A stretch of DNA of 44,255 nt from a virus (Duplodnaviria; Caudoviricetes): IMG/VR virus record IMGVR_UViG_3300033076_001027, positions 1 through 44,255 of that record, one strand, 5' to 3'. A model generated the notes under the pieces. It was not told the DNA's origin and made no database searches. It saw only the letters and a program-made list of their open reading frames with translations. Within the stretch, counting starts at the first letter, position 1, and each line of letters starts with the position of its first letter. The position numbers and the translations under genes are program-made. Below are positions 1 to 10,428 of the stretch, piece by piece.

Positions 1-318
1 CCAGCCGGAGCATCGGCCGGACCGATGACTGTTCGTACGGCCGGCGGCATGGGCTGGCCCGATCAGCTGCAGCTTGGTGACGCTAACAATGTGGTCTATG
101 TGCCTGGCGGCACCTACACCAACGCGATCGAGATCCCGGACGACGGCGTGGTGGCCTTCCCTGACGGCACCGAGATCACCATCGTGACGGATGATCCGAC
201 CAACGGGTGGTCCGGGCAATACGGCGTCGTGACCGGCAACAATTCCATCAGCGGATCGCTTGGCGGCTACATGGTGAAGTTCGTCAAGGCCGGCTACCGG
301 AAGTGGTTCTACGCATGA
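1..318 (+). CDS. C-terminal part of collagen-like fibre protein, continuing 42786-44255 across the circular junction
   Basis: Frame 1 is open from base 1 (PAGASAGPMTVRT...). The window ends ...GPQG, so the join gives G-P-Q G-P-A G-A-S in register. Its stop overlaps the TerL start (ATGA, 315-318). Confidence 0.85.
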   Translation, partial: PAGASAGPMTVRTAGGMGWPDQLQLGDANNVVYVPGGTYTNAIEIPDDGVVAFPDGTEITIVTDDPTNGWSGQYGVVTGNNSISGSLGGYMVKFVKAGYRKWFYA

Positions 319-1892
319 GCAAGGGCGAGGATCCGATCGACGAGCAGCTGAAGCAGCTGATGGCTGCGGAGCGGCTGCTGCGCACGCGCAAGGCGCGCGC
401 GAGCCTCATGGAGTTCACCAAGTTCACGCTGCCCGATCCGGAGAACCCGGACGACACGAACATGAGCCGGTACAAGCCGGTGAAGCACCACGAGGTGATC
501 GCGGCGGCCCTGGAGGAGGTCGAGGCCGGGCGCATGCCGCGGCTGATCATCACGATGCCGCCCCGCCACGGGAAGTCGGAGCTGGCGAGCCGGCGGTTCC
601 CGGCGTGGTTCCTGGGCAAGGACCCTTACCGGCAGATGATCTTCGCGACCTACAACGACGACTTCGCCCAGGACTTCGGCCGGTCGGTGCGCGCGACGAT
701 GACATCGAACGAATTCTCGCAGATCTTCCCTGGCTGCAAGCTGCGGACGGGCAGCAAGGCGAGCGACAAGATGCAGACGGAGGAAGGCGGCATGCTGAAT
801 TTCGTCGGCCGCGGGGGCGGTTTGACGGGTCGCGGCGCGGATCTGCTGATCATCGACGACCCGATCAAGGACCGCGAGGAGGCCGACTCCAAGAACATCC
901 GGGACAAGCTCTGGTCCTGGTTCACGGAGGCCGCGATGACGCGACTGATGCCGGGCGGGCGTGTCGTGATCATCATGACCCGGTGGCATGAGGACGACCT
1001 TATCGGCCGGCTTACCGATCCCAAGAACCCGTGTTTCAACGCGGACGAGGCGTCGAGCTGGAAGCTGCTGGCCTTGCCGGCTATCGCGGACGACAACGAC
1101 GCGATGGGCCGCAAGCCCGGCGAGGCCCTGTGGCCGGAGCGGTTTCCGCTGCCGGTCCTGGAGGCCCAGCGACGGATCAACCCGCGCGGTTTCTCGGCCC
1201 TGTACCAGGGCAAGCCCACGCCGGACGACGGCGACTATTTCAAACGCGAATGGCTGAAGACCTACGACAGCCCGTCGGATCTGCCGACGAACCTCCGGAT
1301 CTACGGGGCGTCGGACCACGCGGTCTCGATCGCCCAGGACGCGGACCGGACATGCCTGGGCTGCGTCGGGATCGACGAGGACGACAACATCTGGGTCCTG
1401 CCGGACCTGTTTTGGCGCCGGGCTGCGACCGACGCGGTGTGCGACGGGCTGCTGGATCAGTTCCGGCGCAACAAGCCCCTGCTGTGGTGGGCCGAGCATG
1501 GTCACATCTCCAAGGCGATCGGGCCGTTCCTGCGGAAACGCATGCACGAGGAGCGGATCTACTGCGCGATCGACGAGGTCGTCCCGGCCAAGGACAAGCA
1601 GACGCGCGCCCAGGCGATCCGCGGCCGCATGGCGATGGGCAAGGTGTACTTCCCCAAGTTCACGACCTGGTGGAACGACGCCCAGCTGGAGCTGCTGAAG
1701 TTCCCGTCGGCCCGGCACGACGACTTCGTGGACTGGATCTCCCACATCGGCATGGGCCTGTCGCTCCAGGTGGCCGCCGGCGAGAAGGTCAACGCTCCCA
1801 CCGGCCCCAAGACGGGCACCCTGGCCTGGGTGAAGCACTCCTCCAAGATGAGGGAGTGGAGCGAAAACAGGTTGCGGATGTTCTGGAGCTGA
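315..1892 (+). CDS. terL: Terminase large subunit
   Basis: Walker A MPPRHGKS, Walker B LLIIDDP, motif III MTRW, nuclease region SDHA...FPSARHDDFVD. ATG 315 (ATGA coupling) is preferred over the track start at 207. Confidence 0.96.
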   Translation: MSKGEDPIDEQLKQLMAAERLLRTRKARASLMEFTKFTLPDPENPDDTNMSRYKPVKHHEVIAAALEEVEAGRMPRLIITMPPRHGKSELASRRFPAWFLGKDPYRQMIFATYNDDFAQDFGRSVRATMTSNEFSQIFPGCKLRTGSKASDKMQTEEGGMLNFVGRGGGLTGRGADLLIIDDPIKDREEADSKNIRDKLWSWFTEAAMTRLMPGGRVVIIMTRWHEDDLIGRLTDPKNPCFNADEASSWKLLALPAIADDNDAMGRKPGEALWPERFPLPVLEAQRRINPRGFSALYQGKPTPDDGDYFKREWLKTYDSPSDLPTNLRIYGASDHAVSIAQDADRTCLGCVGIDEDDNIWVLPDLFWRRAATDAVCDGLLDQFRRNKPLLWWAEHGHISKAIGPFLRKRMHEERIYCAIDEVVPAKDKQTRAQAIRGRMAMGKVYFPKFTTWWNDAQLELLKFPSARHDDFVDWISHIGMGLSLQVAAGEKVNAPTGPKTGTLAWVKHSSKMREWSENRLRMFWS

Positions 1893-1905
1893 CGATTTTA
1901 CCATC

Positions 1906-4041
1906 ATGGAAAACAACGAACCCATCGAGACTGACAAATACGACGCGGACGACGCCACCGAGGGCGAGGTCCGGCCGGCCGGCATCAAGCGCAAGCCGGA
2001 CGAGAACCTCCGGGCGTCAAGACGCGCGCTGGTGCGCGAATGGACGGACAAGGTGATCCGCGCGAAGAAGCACTGGGAGCTCGCGCATCGCCGGATGAAG
2101 GAGGACAGCGATTTCTACATGGGCAAGCAGTGGCCCTTCCACCGCGGCGACGACGACCGCTATGTGGCGAACCTGGCGCAGCGGCATGTGCAGACGCGCG
2201 TGGCGGCTCTTTACGCGAAGAACCCGAAGGCGATCGCGAAGCGCCGGCGCGTGATGGATTTCCAGATCTGGGAAGGCAACGCCAGCGAGCTGATGATGGC
2301 GAAGACCGCCAACGACCAGTCGCTGATGATGCTCGGCTCGCCGAACCCGTCGTCGATGGCCCTCATGCAGGATGTGCAGCAGGGTTTCGAGAAGCGCCGG
2401 AAGCTGGACAAGGTCGCCGAGACCCTGGAGATCGTGTTCAAGCACACCCTGGAGCACCAGAATTTCAAGATCCAGATGAAGCAGCTTGTCCGGCGCGTGT
2501 GCGTGACCGGCGTCGGGTTCGTCAAGATCGGCTATCACCGCGTGATGGGCAACCGCCCGGAGGATGTCGAGAAGATCACCGACATCACCGAGCAGCTGCG
2601 CGTGCTTGAGCGGCTGATGCTGGACCAGCAGGACGGCAAGTTCGACGAAAACCAGGCCAAGGCCGAACAGCTCCGGCTGCTGCTGAAGGAGCTCCAGGAA
2701 TCGCAGCAGGAAGGCGAGACGATCACCGACGAGGGCTTGGTGTTCGACTTCCCGCAGTCGCAGAACATCATCGTGGACACGCGCTGCCGCCAGCTCCAGG
2801 GATTCATCGGGGCCGAGTGGGTCGCCCAGGAATTCCTGCTGACTTGCAACGAGGTCAAGGAGGTCTACGGCGTGGACCTCGGCACGACCTACACGCGCCA
2901 GGAGCACAAGATCACGGAGTCCGGCCTGTCCGAGAAGACGAGCGACGACCTGGCCCGGATCTGGGAGGTCTACAACAAGCGCGACGGCCTCAAGTATGTG
3001 ATCGCCGACGGCTATCCGGACTTCCTGGTCGAGCCCAGCTGCCCGGACATCAAGCTGCGCCGGTTCTGGCCGTTCTTCTGCCTCCTGTTCAACGAGGTCG
3101 AGAACGACCGGGACATCTACCCGCCGTCCGATGTCCGGCTGCTGAAGCCGATTCAGATGGAATACAACCTCGCGCGCCAGCGTCTCCGCGAGCACCGCAA
3201 CGCCAACCGGCCGCTGTATGTGACGCCGATCGGCATGCTGTCCGAAAACGATGTGAAGAAGCTGATGGACCGGCAGCCCAACGAGGTGATCCAGCTGAAC
3301 AGCCTCCAGCCGGGCCAGGCGGTCAACCAGGTGATCCAGCCGATGCAGCCGATCCCGATCGACCCGCAGCTGTACGACACCTCGATGTTCATGGAGGACA
3401 TGTTCCGCGTCGTCGGCAGCCAGGAAGCGAACCTGGGCGGCGGCACCGGCAACACGGCGACCGAGGTCTCGGTGGCCGAATCCAGCCGCATGAGCTCCCT
3501 GGGCTCGCATGTGGACGACCTGGACGAATTCCTGTCCGAGATCGCCAAGGCCGCCAGCCAGGTGCTTCTGACCCTCATGGACCCCATGACCGCCAGCAAG
3601 ATTGCCGGCCCTGGTGCATCCTGGCCGACCCTTTCTGCCCAGGAGATCGCCGATGAGCTGTACCTGGAGATCGAGGCCGGAAGCTCCGGTCGCCCGAACA
3701 AGGCCACGGAAATCGGCAACTTTGAGCGCCTGGCGCCGTTGCTGATCCAGATCCCTGGCATCGACCCCACCTGGCTTGCCAAGGAGGCCATCAAGCGCAT
3801 GGACGACGGCATCGACCTCACCGAGGCGGTCAAGGCTGCGATCCCGTCGATCGTGCAGCAGAACGCCCAGAAGCAGATGGGCGAGGCAGCCATGGCTGGC
3901 GGCCCGGCGGCCCAGGGCGGGGCTCCGATGCCTGGTCCCGAGGCGGCTGCGCCTGGTGCTCCGGTAGGCGCCGGCGGCACTCCTGGGGTCCCGAACATGC
4001 CCCAGGCCAAGACATACGGGCTACCGACGGCCCCCCAATAA
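1906..4041 (+). CDS. Portal protein (podovirus type)
   Basis: 711 aa directly after TerL; DFYMGKQW near the N-terminus, TATEV motif, low-complexity Q/P/A/G C-terminal tail. Confidence 0.88.
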   Translation: MENNEPIETDKYDADDATEGEVRPAGIKRKPDENLRASRRALVREWTDKVIRAKKHWELAHRRMKEDSDFYMGKQWPFHRGDDDRYVANLAQRHVQTRVAALYAKNPKAIAKRRRVMDFQIWEGNASELMMAKTANDQSLMMLGSPNPSSMALMQDVQQGFEKRRKLDKVAETLEIVFKHTLEHQNFKIQMKQLVRRVCVTGVGFVKIGYHRVMGNRPEDVEKITDITEQLRVLERLMLDQQDGKFDENQAKAEQLRLLLKELQESQQEGETITDEGLVFDFPQSQNIIVDTRCRQLQGFIGAEWVAQEFLLTCNEVKEVYGVDLGTTYTRQEHKITESGLSEKTSDDLARIWEVYNKRDGLKYVIADGYPDFLVEPSCPDIKLRRFWPFFCLLFNEVENDRDIYPPSDVRLLKPIQMEYNLARQRLREHRNANRPLYVTPIGMLSENDVKKLMDRQPNEVIQLNSLQPGQAVNQVIQPMQPIPIDPQLYDTSMFMEDMFRVVGSQEANLGGGTGNTATEVSVAESSRMSSLGSHVDDLDEFLSEIAKAASQVLLTLMDPMTASKIAGPGASWPTLSAQEIADELYLEIEAGSSGRPNKATEIGNFERLAPLLIQIPGIDPTWLAKEAIKRMDDGIDLTEAVKAAIPSIVQQNAQKQMGEAAMAGGPAAQGGAPMPGPEAAAPGAPVGAGGTPGVPNMPQAKTYGLPTAPQ

Positions 4042-4092
4042 GGGGGAAGTGGCGGGTTTGCAAAGCCACGGCACCGACGAAAGATCGGTGTC

Positions 4093-5160
4093 GTGGACAA
4101 CCCGACGCTAACTGACCCCGCCGCAGCCTCGTCCGCTGCGGCCACAAACGACCCGGCCCCGGTTTCGACTGGGGCTACGCAATCCTCTGCCGCGGACACG
4201 GGGACCGCCCAGGGGAACGCATCGACGCTAAACGAAGTGGCAACCGGTTCGTCTCCGGCGGCCGACAAGGACGCTAAGAAGGAGAGCTTGCTTGATGTCG
4301 TGAAAACGGCGTTTGAAGCCAAGGATCCCGCGAATTCGTCCCTCGCGAAGGCACAATCGGATCCCGCGCCGGATCAGCCTAACGATGCACAGGGCAAGGA
4401 CAGCCAGGTGCAGAAGGATGGCCCCGAAGCGCAGCCCGACTTGCCGTTCCACAACCACCCCCGATGGAAAGCGATGATCGCTGAACGCGAAAGCTTGAAG
4501 CCGGCGGCTGAGCAGTACGGAAAGATCACGCAGTTCATGAAGACCAACGGCCTGACCCCCCAGGAAATGGCCGAAGGCATGACTGTGATGGCACTCATGA
4601 AGACCAACCCGGCGGCCGCCTACCAGCAGCTGCAGGGCTATGTCAACAACCTGGCCCGGTTCACGGGGGATGTACTTCCCCCGGAGCTCAAGGCCAAGGT
4701 CGATGAGGGCTTGACCGATCCGGAGACCGCGAAGCGCCTCGCGCAGCTTGAGGCTGAGCGTGAGTTTTCATACGCCCGTCAGTTGGAAGAACAGCAGCGC
4801 ATCCAGGCTGAACAGGAAGCGGTCGCCCGACAGATGGCGGCCGATAATTCCAATCAGATGGTCGCGGCTGTCATGCGTTGGGAACAGGCCGAGCGAGCGA
4901 AGGACCCCGACTGGGCCCAGAAATACGAGATGGTGCAGGACCGGGTGAAGGCTCTCCTGGCGATGCAGCCGGCTCGCAATCCATCGGACGCAATCCAGAT
5001 CGCACAACGCGCCCTGGCCGATGTGAACGCGCGCTTGAGGCCGCTCGCAGGGAGGACGATGCCGCTCAGGACCCCAGCCAGCTCTTTGTCGTCCGTCTCA
5101 ACTACTCCGGCCCCCAGATCCCTCGCGGACCTGGTCCGGATGGGGCTGCAAGGCTCCTAA
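4093..5160 (+). CDS. Capsid scaffolding protein
   Basis: Lies between portal and MCP; disordered A/T/S/P-rich N-terminus, PFHNHPRWK motif, helical E/Q-rich body; GTG start. Confidence 0.8.
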   Translation: MDNPTLTDPAAASSAAATNDPAPVSTGATQSSAADTGTAQGNASTLNEVATGSSPAADKDAKKESLLDVVKTAFEAKDPANSSLAKAQSDPAPDQPNDAQGKDSQVQKDGPEAQPDLPFHNHPRWKAMIAERESLKPAAEQYGKITQFMKTNGLTPQEMAEGMTVMALMKTNPAAAYQQLQGYVNNLARFTGDVLPPELKAKVDEGLTDPETAKRLAQLEAEREFSYARQLEEQQRIQAEQEAVARQMAADNSNQMVAAVMRWEQAERAKDPDWAQKYEMVQDRVKALLAMQPARNPSDAIQIAQRALADVNARLRPLAGRTMPLRTPASSLSSVSTTPAPRSLADLVRMGLQGS

Positions 5161-5184
5161 TCCAAACACGAACCAGATACAACC

Positions 5185-6279
5185 ATGGCTAACTCATTCT
5201 CCACCCTCGACCACATCGTCGCCTCGGCGCTCGACTTCCATGTCAAGTCCGATGCGTTCGCCCAGACCATCCAGGAAAAGCCTCTGATCGGCGTCATGAC
5301 CAAGCGCCAGCAGACCTTCCCGGGCGGCAAGGGCGACATCTCGATCCCCCTCACCTTCCAGGACACGCTCCCGCAGATCGCCGGCTACGAAGGCGCTGAT
5401 GTCGTCTCCTACAGCAACCCGCAGAACACCCGTCGTGCTTTCTTCCCCTGGAAGGAAATCCACTCCGGCATCACTGTGACGCTGACCGAGCTCAAGATCG
5501 ATGGCATCTCCGTCACCGATTCCGTGACCGGTGAGAACACCAGCAAGCACAGCGGCCGCGACGCCACTGTCCTCACCAACATCCTCAAGGCCAAGCTCGA
5601 CGACATGACCGAAGGCTGGGCCCGCGGCTTCAACAACATGCTGTGGAAGGACGGCGCCCAGGACGCCAAGCAAGTCCCGGGTCTGTCCAACTTCATCAAG
5701 CCCGGCCTCGCCATCACCGGCGGCGCCACGGATCTGAACGCCACCGGCACCACCGGCGGCATCTCCCGCGCGACCAACGCCCTCTGGCGCAATCGCTCGG
5801 CGAAGTTCACCTACGCCTCGGGTTCGACGAACATCATCGACGGCCTCCGCTACGAGATCCGACAGCTGAAGCGCTACGGCGGCAAGCCCTCGACGATCTT
5901 CTGCGGTTCCGGCTTCCTGGAAAAGCTGGAGAAGGAAATCCACAACAAGGGTTTCTACTCCATGACCGGCTTCTCCAAGGGCACGAACACTGTCGGCATG
6001 GGCGCCACCGAGCTCCTGGGCATCGGCGAGTTCGTCTACGACCCGACCCTCGACGGCATCGCTGACTACGGCGAGTCCGGCGGCGACGGCACCCGCACCA
6101 ACTACTGCTACCTCGTGGACACCGACGCGATCCAGCTGTATGTGATGGACGGCGAAGACAAGAAGACCCACAACCCGGCCCGCCCCGAAGACAAGTATGT
6201 GATCTACAAGGCGATGACCTGGACGGGCGGCTTGATCACCAAGCAGCTCAACGGCAACGGCGTCTACAAGGCTGTCTAA
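5185..6279 (+). CDS. Major capsid protein
   Basis: 364 aa after the scaffold, strongly biased codons, followed by a strong terminator; GGISRATNALWRN segment typical of this podovirus MCP group. Confidence 0.9.
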   Translation: MANSFSTLDHIVASALDFHVKSDAFAQTIQEKPLIGVMTKRQQTFPGGKGDISIPLTFQDTLPQIAGYEGADVVSYSNPQNTRRAFFPWKEIHSGITVTLTELKIDGISVTDSVTGENTSKHSGRDATVLTNILKAKLDDMTEGWARGFNNMLWKDGAQDAKQVPGLSNFIKPGLAITGGATDLNATGTTGGISRATNALWRNRSAKFTYASGSTNIIDGLRYEIRQLKRYGGKPSTIFCGSGFLEKLEKEIHNKGFYSMTGFSKGTNTVGMGATELLGIGEFVYDPTLDGIADYGESGGDGTRTNYCYLVDTDAIQLYVMDGEDKKTHNPARPEDKYVIYKAMTWTGGLITKQLNGNGVYKAV

Positions 6280-6298
6280 GGGATAGGACATCCTACAC

Positions 6299-6329
6299 AA
6301 AGGGGGCCCGCAAGGGCCCCTTTCTTTTT
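6299..6329 (+). terminator. Rho-independent terminator after MCP
   Basis: GGGGCCC-GCAA-GGGCCCC stem followed by TTTCTTTTT. Confidence 0.9.
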
Positions 6330-6364
6330 GCCCGGACGCCAGGCCGGTGCAGATTGGTTTCACC

Positions 6365-6682
6365 ATGCAGATCGCCATCGTCGAGATCCTGCTGAACGGG
6401 AATGTTCAGCACACTGTCACCCGCCCTGTCACGGCCGCCGAAATTCTGATCCTCCGGGACATCCACGGGTCTGATTCGGTCGTCAACCCGGTAGAGCTGA
6501 CCACTGTCAAGAGATCCAACCTGGATGAGATCCAGCGCCTCAAGGACCAGTACGGCTCCAATGTCTTCTCCCGCGTCTACCCGGGCGCGGCCCCGAAGCT
6601 TCCCGAGACCTTTGCCGAAGTCGGCGTTTCCATCGAAGAACCCGAGACCAAGCCCGCCAAGAAGGCCGCGGCTGCCGAGTAA
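6365..6682 (+). CDS. Hypothetical protein in the virion module
   Basis: ATG 6365 (MQIAIVEILLNG); phage-like codon usage; between MCP and tail adaptor. Confidence 0.75.
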   Translation: MQIAIVEILLNGNVQHTVTRPVTAAEILILRDIHGSDSVVNPVELTTVKRSNLDEIQRLKDQYGSNVFSRVYPGAAPKLPETFAEVGVSIEEPETKPAKKAAAAE

Positions 6683-6685
6683 GCC

Positions 6686-7387
6686 ATGGCCCGGGGCACC
6701 AGCTTGCTGGCCCTGCGAGACCAGCTGAAGGCCGAGATCGGGGCATCTCCGAATGTCGCGATGGGGGTCAACACGATCGAGCAATTCGACAACCTGTTGC
6801 GCCGGACGCAGCAGCGCCTGTGGAACGACTTTGACTGGACCTTTGCGCTGATCGAGCGGGACGAACCGCTGATCACCGGGCAGCGGTATTACACATTCGA
6901 CCCGGACATCGACTTTGACCGGATCGTCGAGGCGCATGTCAAATACGGCAACATCTGGCACCCGATCGACTACGGCATCGGCCCGGCTCAGTACAACAAC
7001 CACGACTCCGACATGGGCGCCAAGGTCGAGCCCGTGGTCCGCTGGCGCCATTACGAGGGCAACCAATTTGAGGTCTGGCCGGTGCCCACGACGGACAACC
7101 AGTCCTTGCGGTTCAAGGCCATCAAGAAGCTGCAGCCGCTGATCGCCACGACCGATGTCGCGCTCCTGGACGACACGCTGATCGTCCTGTACGCGGCCGC
7201 GGAATACCTGGCCCGCACCAAGGCAGCTGACGCCACGGCGAAGCTCAGCCAGGCCCAGGCCCATTTCAACCGCCTCAAGGGCCTCGGGCTCAAGACGGAC
7301 CGGTTCATCTACGGCGGCGGCGTCGATCGCGCCGAGCGCCTACGCATCGTTGGCGGTCGATTCGTCCGGGATGACCGGCCCTACTGA
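6686..7387 (+). CDS. Head-tail adaptor (tail tubular protein A-like)
   Basis: 233 aa; position; DWTF near the N-terminus, FEVWPVP, LIVLYAAAEYL as in podovirus adaptors. Confidence 0.75.
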   Translation: MARGTSLLALRDQLKAEIGASPNVAMGVNTIEQFDNLLRRTQQRLWNDFDWTFALIERDEPLITGQRYYTFDPDIDFDRIVEAHVKYGNIWHPIDYGIGPAQYNNHDSDMGAKVEPVVRWRHYEGNQFEVWPVPTTDNQSLRFKAIKKLQPLIATTDVALLDDTLIVLYAAAEYLARTKAADATAKLSQAQAHFNRLKGLGLKTDRFIYGGGVDRAERLRIVGGRFVRDDRPY

Positions 7388-10300
7388 TGCCCTACATCGT
7401 CGTCGAACATTTCAAGGGTGGCCTGGACACGCGCCGGTCGGACCTTGTCTCGTCCCCTGGGACTCTGATCAAGGCCCAGAACATCCACATCACGCGCGGC
7501 GGCGAGATCGAGAAACGCAAGGCGTTTAAGACCTACTCCAGCGTTCCTGGCACATTCGGCATGGAGGCAACCGGAGATGGAGTAGTCGTGTTTGCGCCGG
7601 CTTCCTATGAATACCAGGTTTACCAGGACTGCATTGTCACAGCTGGTCATTCAGAATTTGTTAGCTTTCCAACATCAGGTCCCGCTCCAAGCGAAGACAA
7701 TCCATCGTTGAATTGGGGCCCTGCGCTTCCTGGCGATCCATCAAGCGGAGCCAGCACGAATTGCGGATTTCCTACGACATCCAATGGTGAGTATGTGTCA
7801 TTTCCTGGTGACGGACCTGGTTGGACTCTGAGGAAAAAATTTAGCTACGAAGCAAAAAATCTTGGTGATGGATACTGGCATCCGGTAAGAACATTCAGAA
7901 CCTATTACACGATCGTAAATGGCGTGATTGTTCAAAAGCTGGTCCACCCGGACGGCTATCAGCTGACCGGGATCGTCAGCTCGACTGTCTACGGCGGCAA
8001 GGCTTTCGCGATCGCCAAGTTCAGCAACGGCGATGTCTTGCCGTTCCTGGACGGGACGCTGATCAGCGCGTTCTTTGACGGCAAGGTCCGCAACACGATG
8101 GGCAACCTGGATGGGTTCGCCAACCACATGCGCATGCTGATCCAGGCCACGATCGACGAGGCCAAAGCCAAGTTTGCTTCCAACCCGGATTGGAACGACC
8201 CGATCAAGGATTATTCGGTTTCCAACTCCGGCCCGGTCTTGACCATCACCGGACCCAACGGCGTCAAGTACGCGACCTCAAACAACAACGGGTCGTCCGA
8301 GCTCTCTCCGATCACGATCAGCTCCAATGTCGCCCAGGAGTCCACGACCCCGGTCGGCAACAAGGGGGCCTACGGCGGGTTCACCATCCTGTCCGGATCT
8401 GACGGCAGCGCGCTGATGCAGATCAGCTTCAGTGGTACATTCAACCGCCCCGACCTGTTGAATTACGGAGGCCATCCGACCCCGTTCCCTGGCATCAGCG
8501 GGGTCTATGTGAAGGCCTCCGGGCCGACGACCGGTGACGGCGTCGATTGCCTCCTGTATTCGCCCCCTGGAGGCACCTCCTGGGTCAAATACGACACGAT
8601 CTCCCGGAACGATGTCGCCGGCGCCCAGGACCCGAACCAGCGCCTTCTGTACGCCCTGGCGACCATCATCAACGCCGCCTCGGAAACGACCCACATCCGG
8701 GCCGAATACCAGTGGGCTGGTTGGTACAAGGGGGGCTGGGACAAGGCCAACCTCAACATCATCACGGCCCCGGAGGTCGCCGCGTCGTTCCACAAGACCT
8801 ATGTGCAGATCGAATTCGACTCAGATCCGACCCCGTACGCCGGTACGATCTGGGAGCTGATCGACACGACGACCATCGTCCCCAGCCCGTACAATTCGGG
8901 CCGGTACATCGCCAAGGCCATGGGCTACACCTACGCGGCCAATTCCACCGGCGGTGGCATCACCTGGACACCGACCCTGGAGCGCGACACCTTTGTCGGC
9001 CGGGACAATTGCATCTATTCCGTCAAGGTCGGGACCACGGAGCTGATCAGCAATCCGGTGTATTACTACGAAAGCACCGACGATGTAGCCCGGCGCGTCG
9101 TCGAGGAGATCAACGCCAATACAGACCATGGGCTGACCCACCATTACACGGCTGAAAGGTCCGGCTCAAAGGTGACGATCCATGCTCTGGCGTCCACCGG
9201 TTCGTCGGAAAACGGCAAGGAGGTGTTCGCCTACACGCGCGGAGATGTCGTCGTGTACGGCCGGTTCAACATGCAAGGAGGGTCCGATGGCACGCCGGCC
9301 CTGCCTAAGATCACCGAATTCACTTTTGGAGGCACCTTTACCGAGGACAAACAGGCCTGGATCCTGGTGACTGATCCGAACCGGCCCAACCAGCCTTACA
9401 AATTTGGGGCAACGCGCGTGACCGGCAAGAAGCCGGCGTTTTGTTTCACCTACAAGGGCAAGATGTATGTGGGCATCGGATCTGCCATCTATTTCTCGGC
9501 GCTGAACGACGCCGGCAAGTGGGACCTTTACGACACCGGTTCCGGGTTCATCGACATGGCGAACAATTTCGGGGGCCGCGAGGATGTCACCGGAGCCGGC
9601 GTCTACCAGAACACTGTCGCCGTATTCACCGAGCGAAATTGCCAGCTGTGGTTCCTGGACCCCGATCCGAACCTCAATTCGCAACACCAGGTCCTGGACA
9701 ACACCGGCTGCATCGCCCCGGATTCCGTGATCTCCGTCGGATCTATCGACCTGTTCTACCTGTCCTACAACGGCGTCCGGTCGCTGAAAGCGCGCGACAA
9801 CACCGACGCGGCCTACGCCAATGACATCGGATCACCGATTGACGACATCATCGTCAAGCACCTGGACACCTTGTCTGCCGACACCCGCTACGCAGCCAAG
9901 GCCATCATCGAGCCCCAGGACGGCCGATACTGGATTGCGGTCGGCGGCCGGCTGTTCGTCCTGTCGTCCTTCATGGGCAGCGGGATCTCGGCCTGGACCG
10001 AGTATGTGACCGGCTTCCCGGTCACGGACATGATCGTCCGAAAGAACCGGGTCTATGTGCGATCCGGCGACACTGTCTACCTGTACGGCGGCCTCAGCGG
10101 CGTCGAATACGACGACAGCCATGTCGATGTCGAGCTGCCGTACCTTGACGCCAACAAGCCTGGCACCTTCAAGTCGGTCAACGGGGTGGACATCACTTGC
10201 GAGGGCGAATGGCTGCTCAGCCTTGGATTCGATTACACCAACCCAACCGCCAAGGACGAGATCGCGACATTTACCAGGCCGTCGTTTGCGCTGGGCAAGA

Positions 10301-10425
10301 TCCCGGCGACCGGCATCGGAACCCATGTTGGCGTCAAGTTCACCAGCGATTTCGACGGCTACTGCAAGATCGCAAACCTCCTTGTCCATTACGACGACCT
10401 TCACTCCAAACACGAAGCCGGATAA
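7387..10425 (+). CDS. Tail nozzle (tail tubular protein B / P22 gp10-like) with large inserted domains
   Basis: N-terminus FKGGLDTR...NIHITRGGEIEKRK; beta-propeller-like C-terminal half (IYFSALND, NTGCIAPDSV, LFYLSYNGVRSL, IGSPID). Confidence 0.75.
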   Translation: MPYIVVEHFKGGLDTRRSDLVSSPGTLIKAQNIHITRGGEIEKRKAFKTYSSVPGTFGMEATGDGVVVFAPASYEYQVYQDCIVTAGHSEFVSFPTSGPAPSEDNPSLNWGPALPGDPSSGASTNCGFPTTSNGEYVSFPGDGPGWTLRKKFSYEAKNLGDGYWHPVRTFRTYYTIVNGVIVQKLVHPDGYQLTGIVSSTVYGGKAFAIAKFSNGDVLPFLDGTLISAFFDGKVRNTMGNLDGFANHMRMLIQATIDEAKAKFASNPDWNDPIKDYSVSNSGPVLTITGPNGVKYATSNNNGSSELSPITISSNVAQESTTPVGNKGAYGGFTILSGSDGSALMQISFSGTFNRPDLLNYGGHPTPFPGISGVYVKASGPTTGDGVDCLLYSPPGGTSWVKYDTISRNDVAGAQDPNQRLLYALATIINAASETTHIRAEYQWAGWYKGGWDKANLNIITAPEVAASFHKTYVQIEFDSDPTPYAGTIWELIDTTTIVPSPYNSGRYIAKAMGYTYAANSTGGGITWTPTLERDTFVGRDNCIYSVKVGTTELISNPVYYYESTDDVARRVVEEINANTDHGLTHHYTAERSGSKVTIHALASTGSSENGKEVFAYTRGDVVVYGRFNMQGGSDGTPALPKITEFTFGGTFTEDKQAWILVTDPNRPNQPYKFGATRVTGKKPAFCFTYKGKMYVGIGSAIYFSALNDAGKWDLYDTGSGFIDMANNFGGREDVTGAGVYQNTVAVFTERNCQLWFLDPDPNLNSQHQVLDNTGCIAPDSVISVGSIDLFYLSYNGVRSLKARDNTDAAYANDIGSPIDDIIVKHLDTLSADTRYAAKAIIEPQDGRYWIAVGGRLFVLSSFMGSGISAWTEYVTGFPVTDMIVRKNRVYVRSGDTVYLYGGLSGVEYDDSHVDVELPYLDANKPGTFKSVNGVDITCEGEWLLSLGFDYTNPTAKDEIATFTRPSFALGKIPATGIGTHVGVKFTSDFDGYCKIANLLVHYDDLHSKHEAG

Positions 10426-10428
10426 ACC

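Noticed and set aside
207-314. N-terminal extension of TerL from GTG 207
   Set aside because: It overlaps the fibre gene in another frame; ATG 315 gives typical ATGA coupling.
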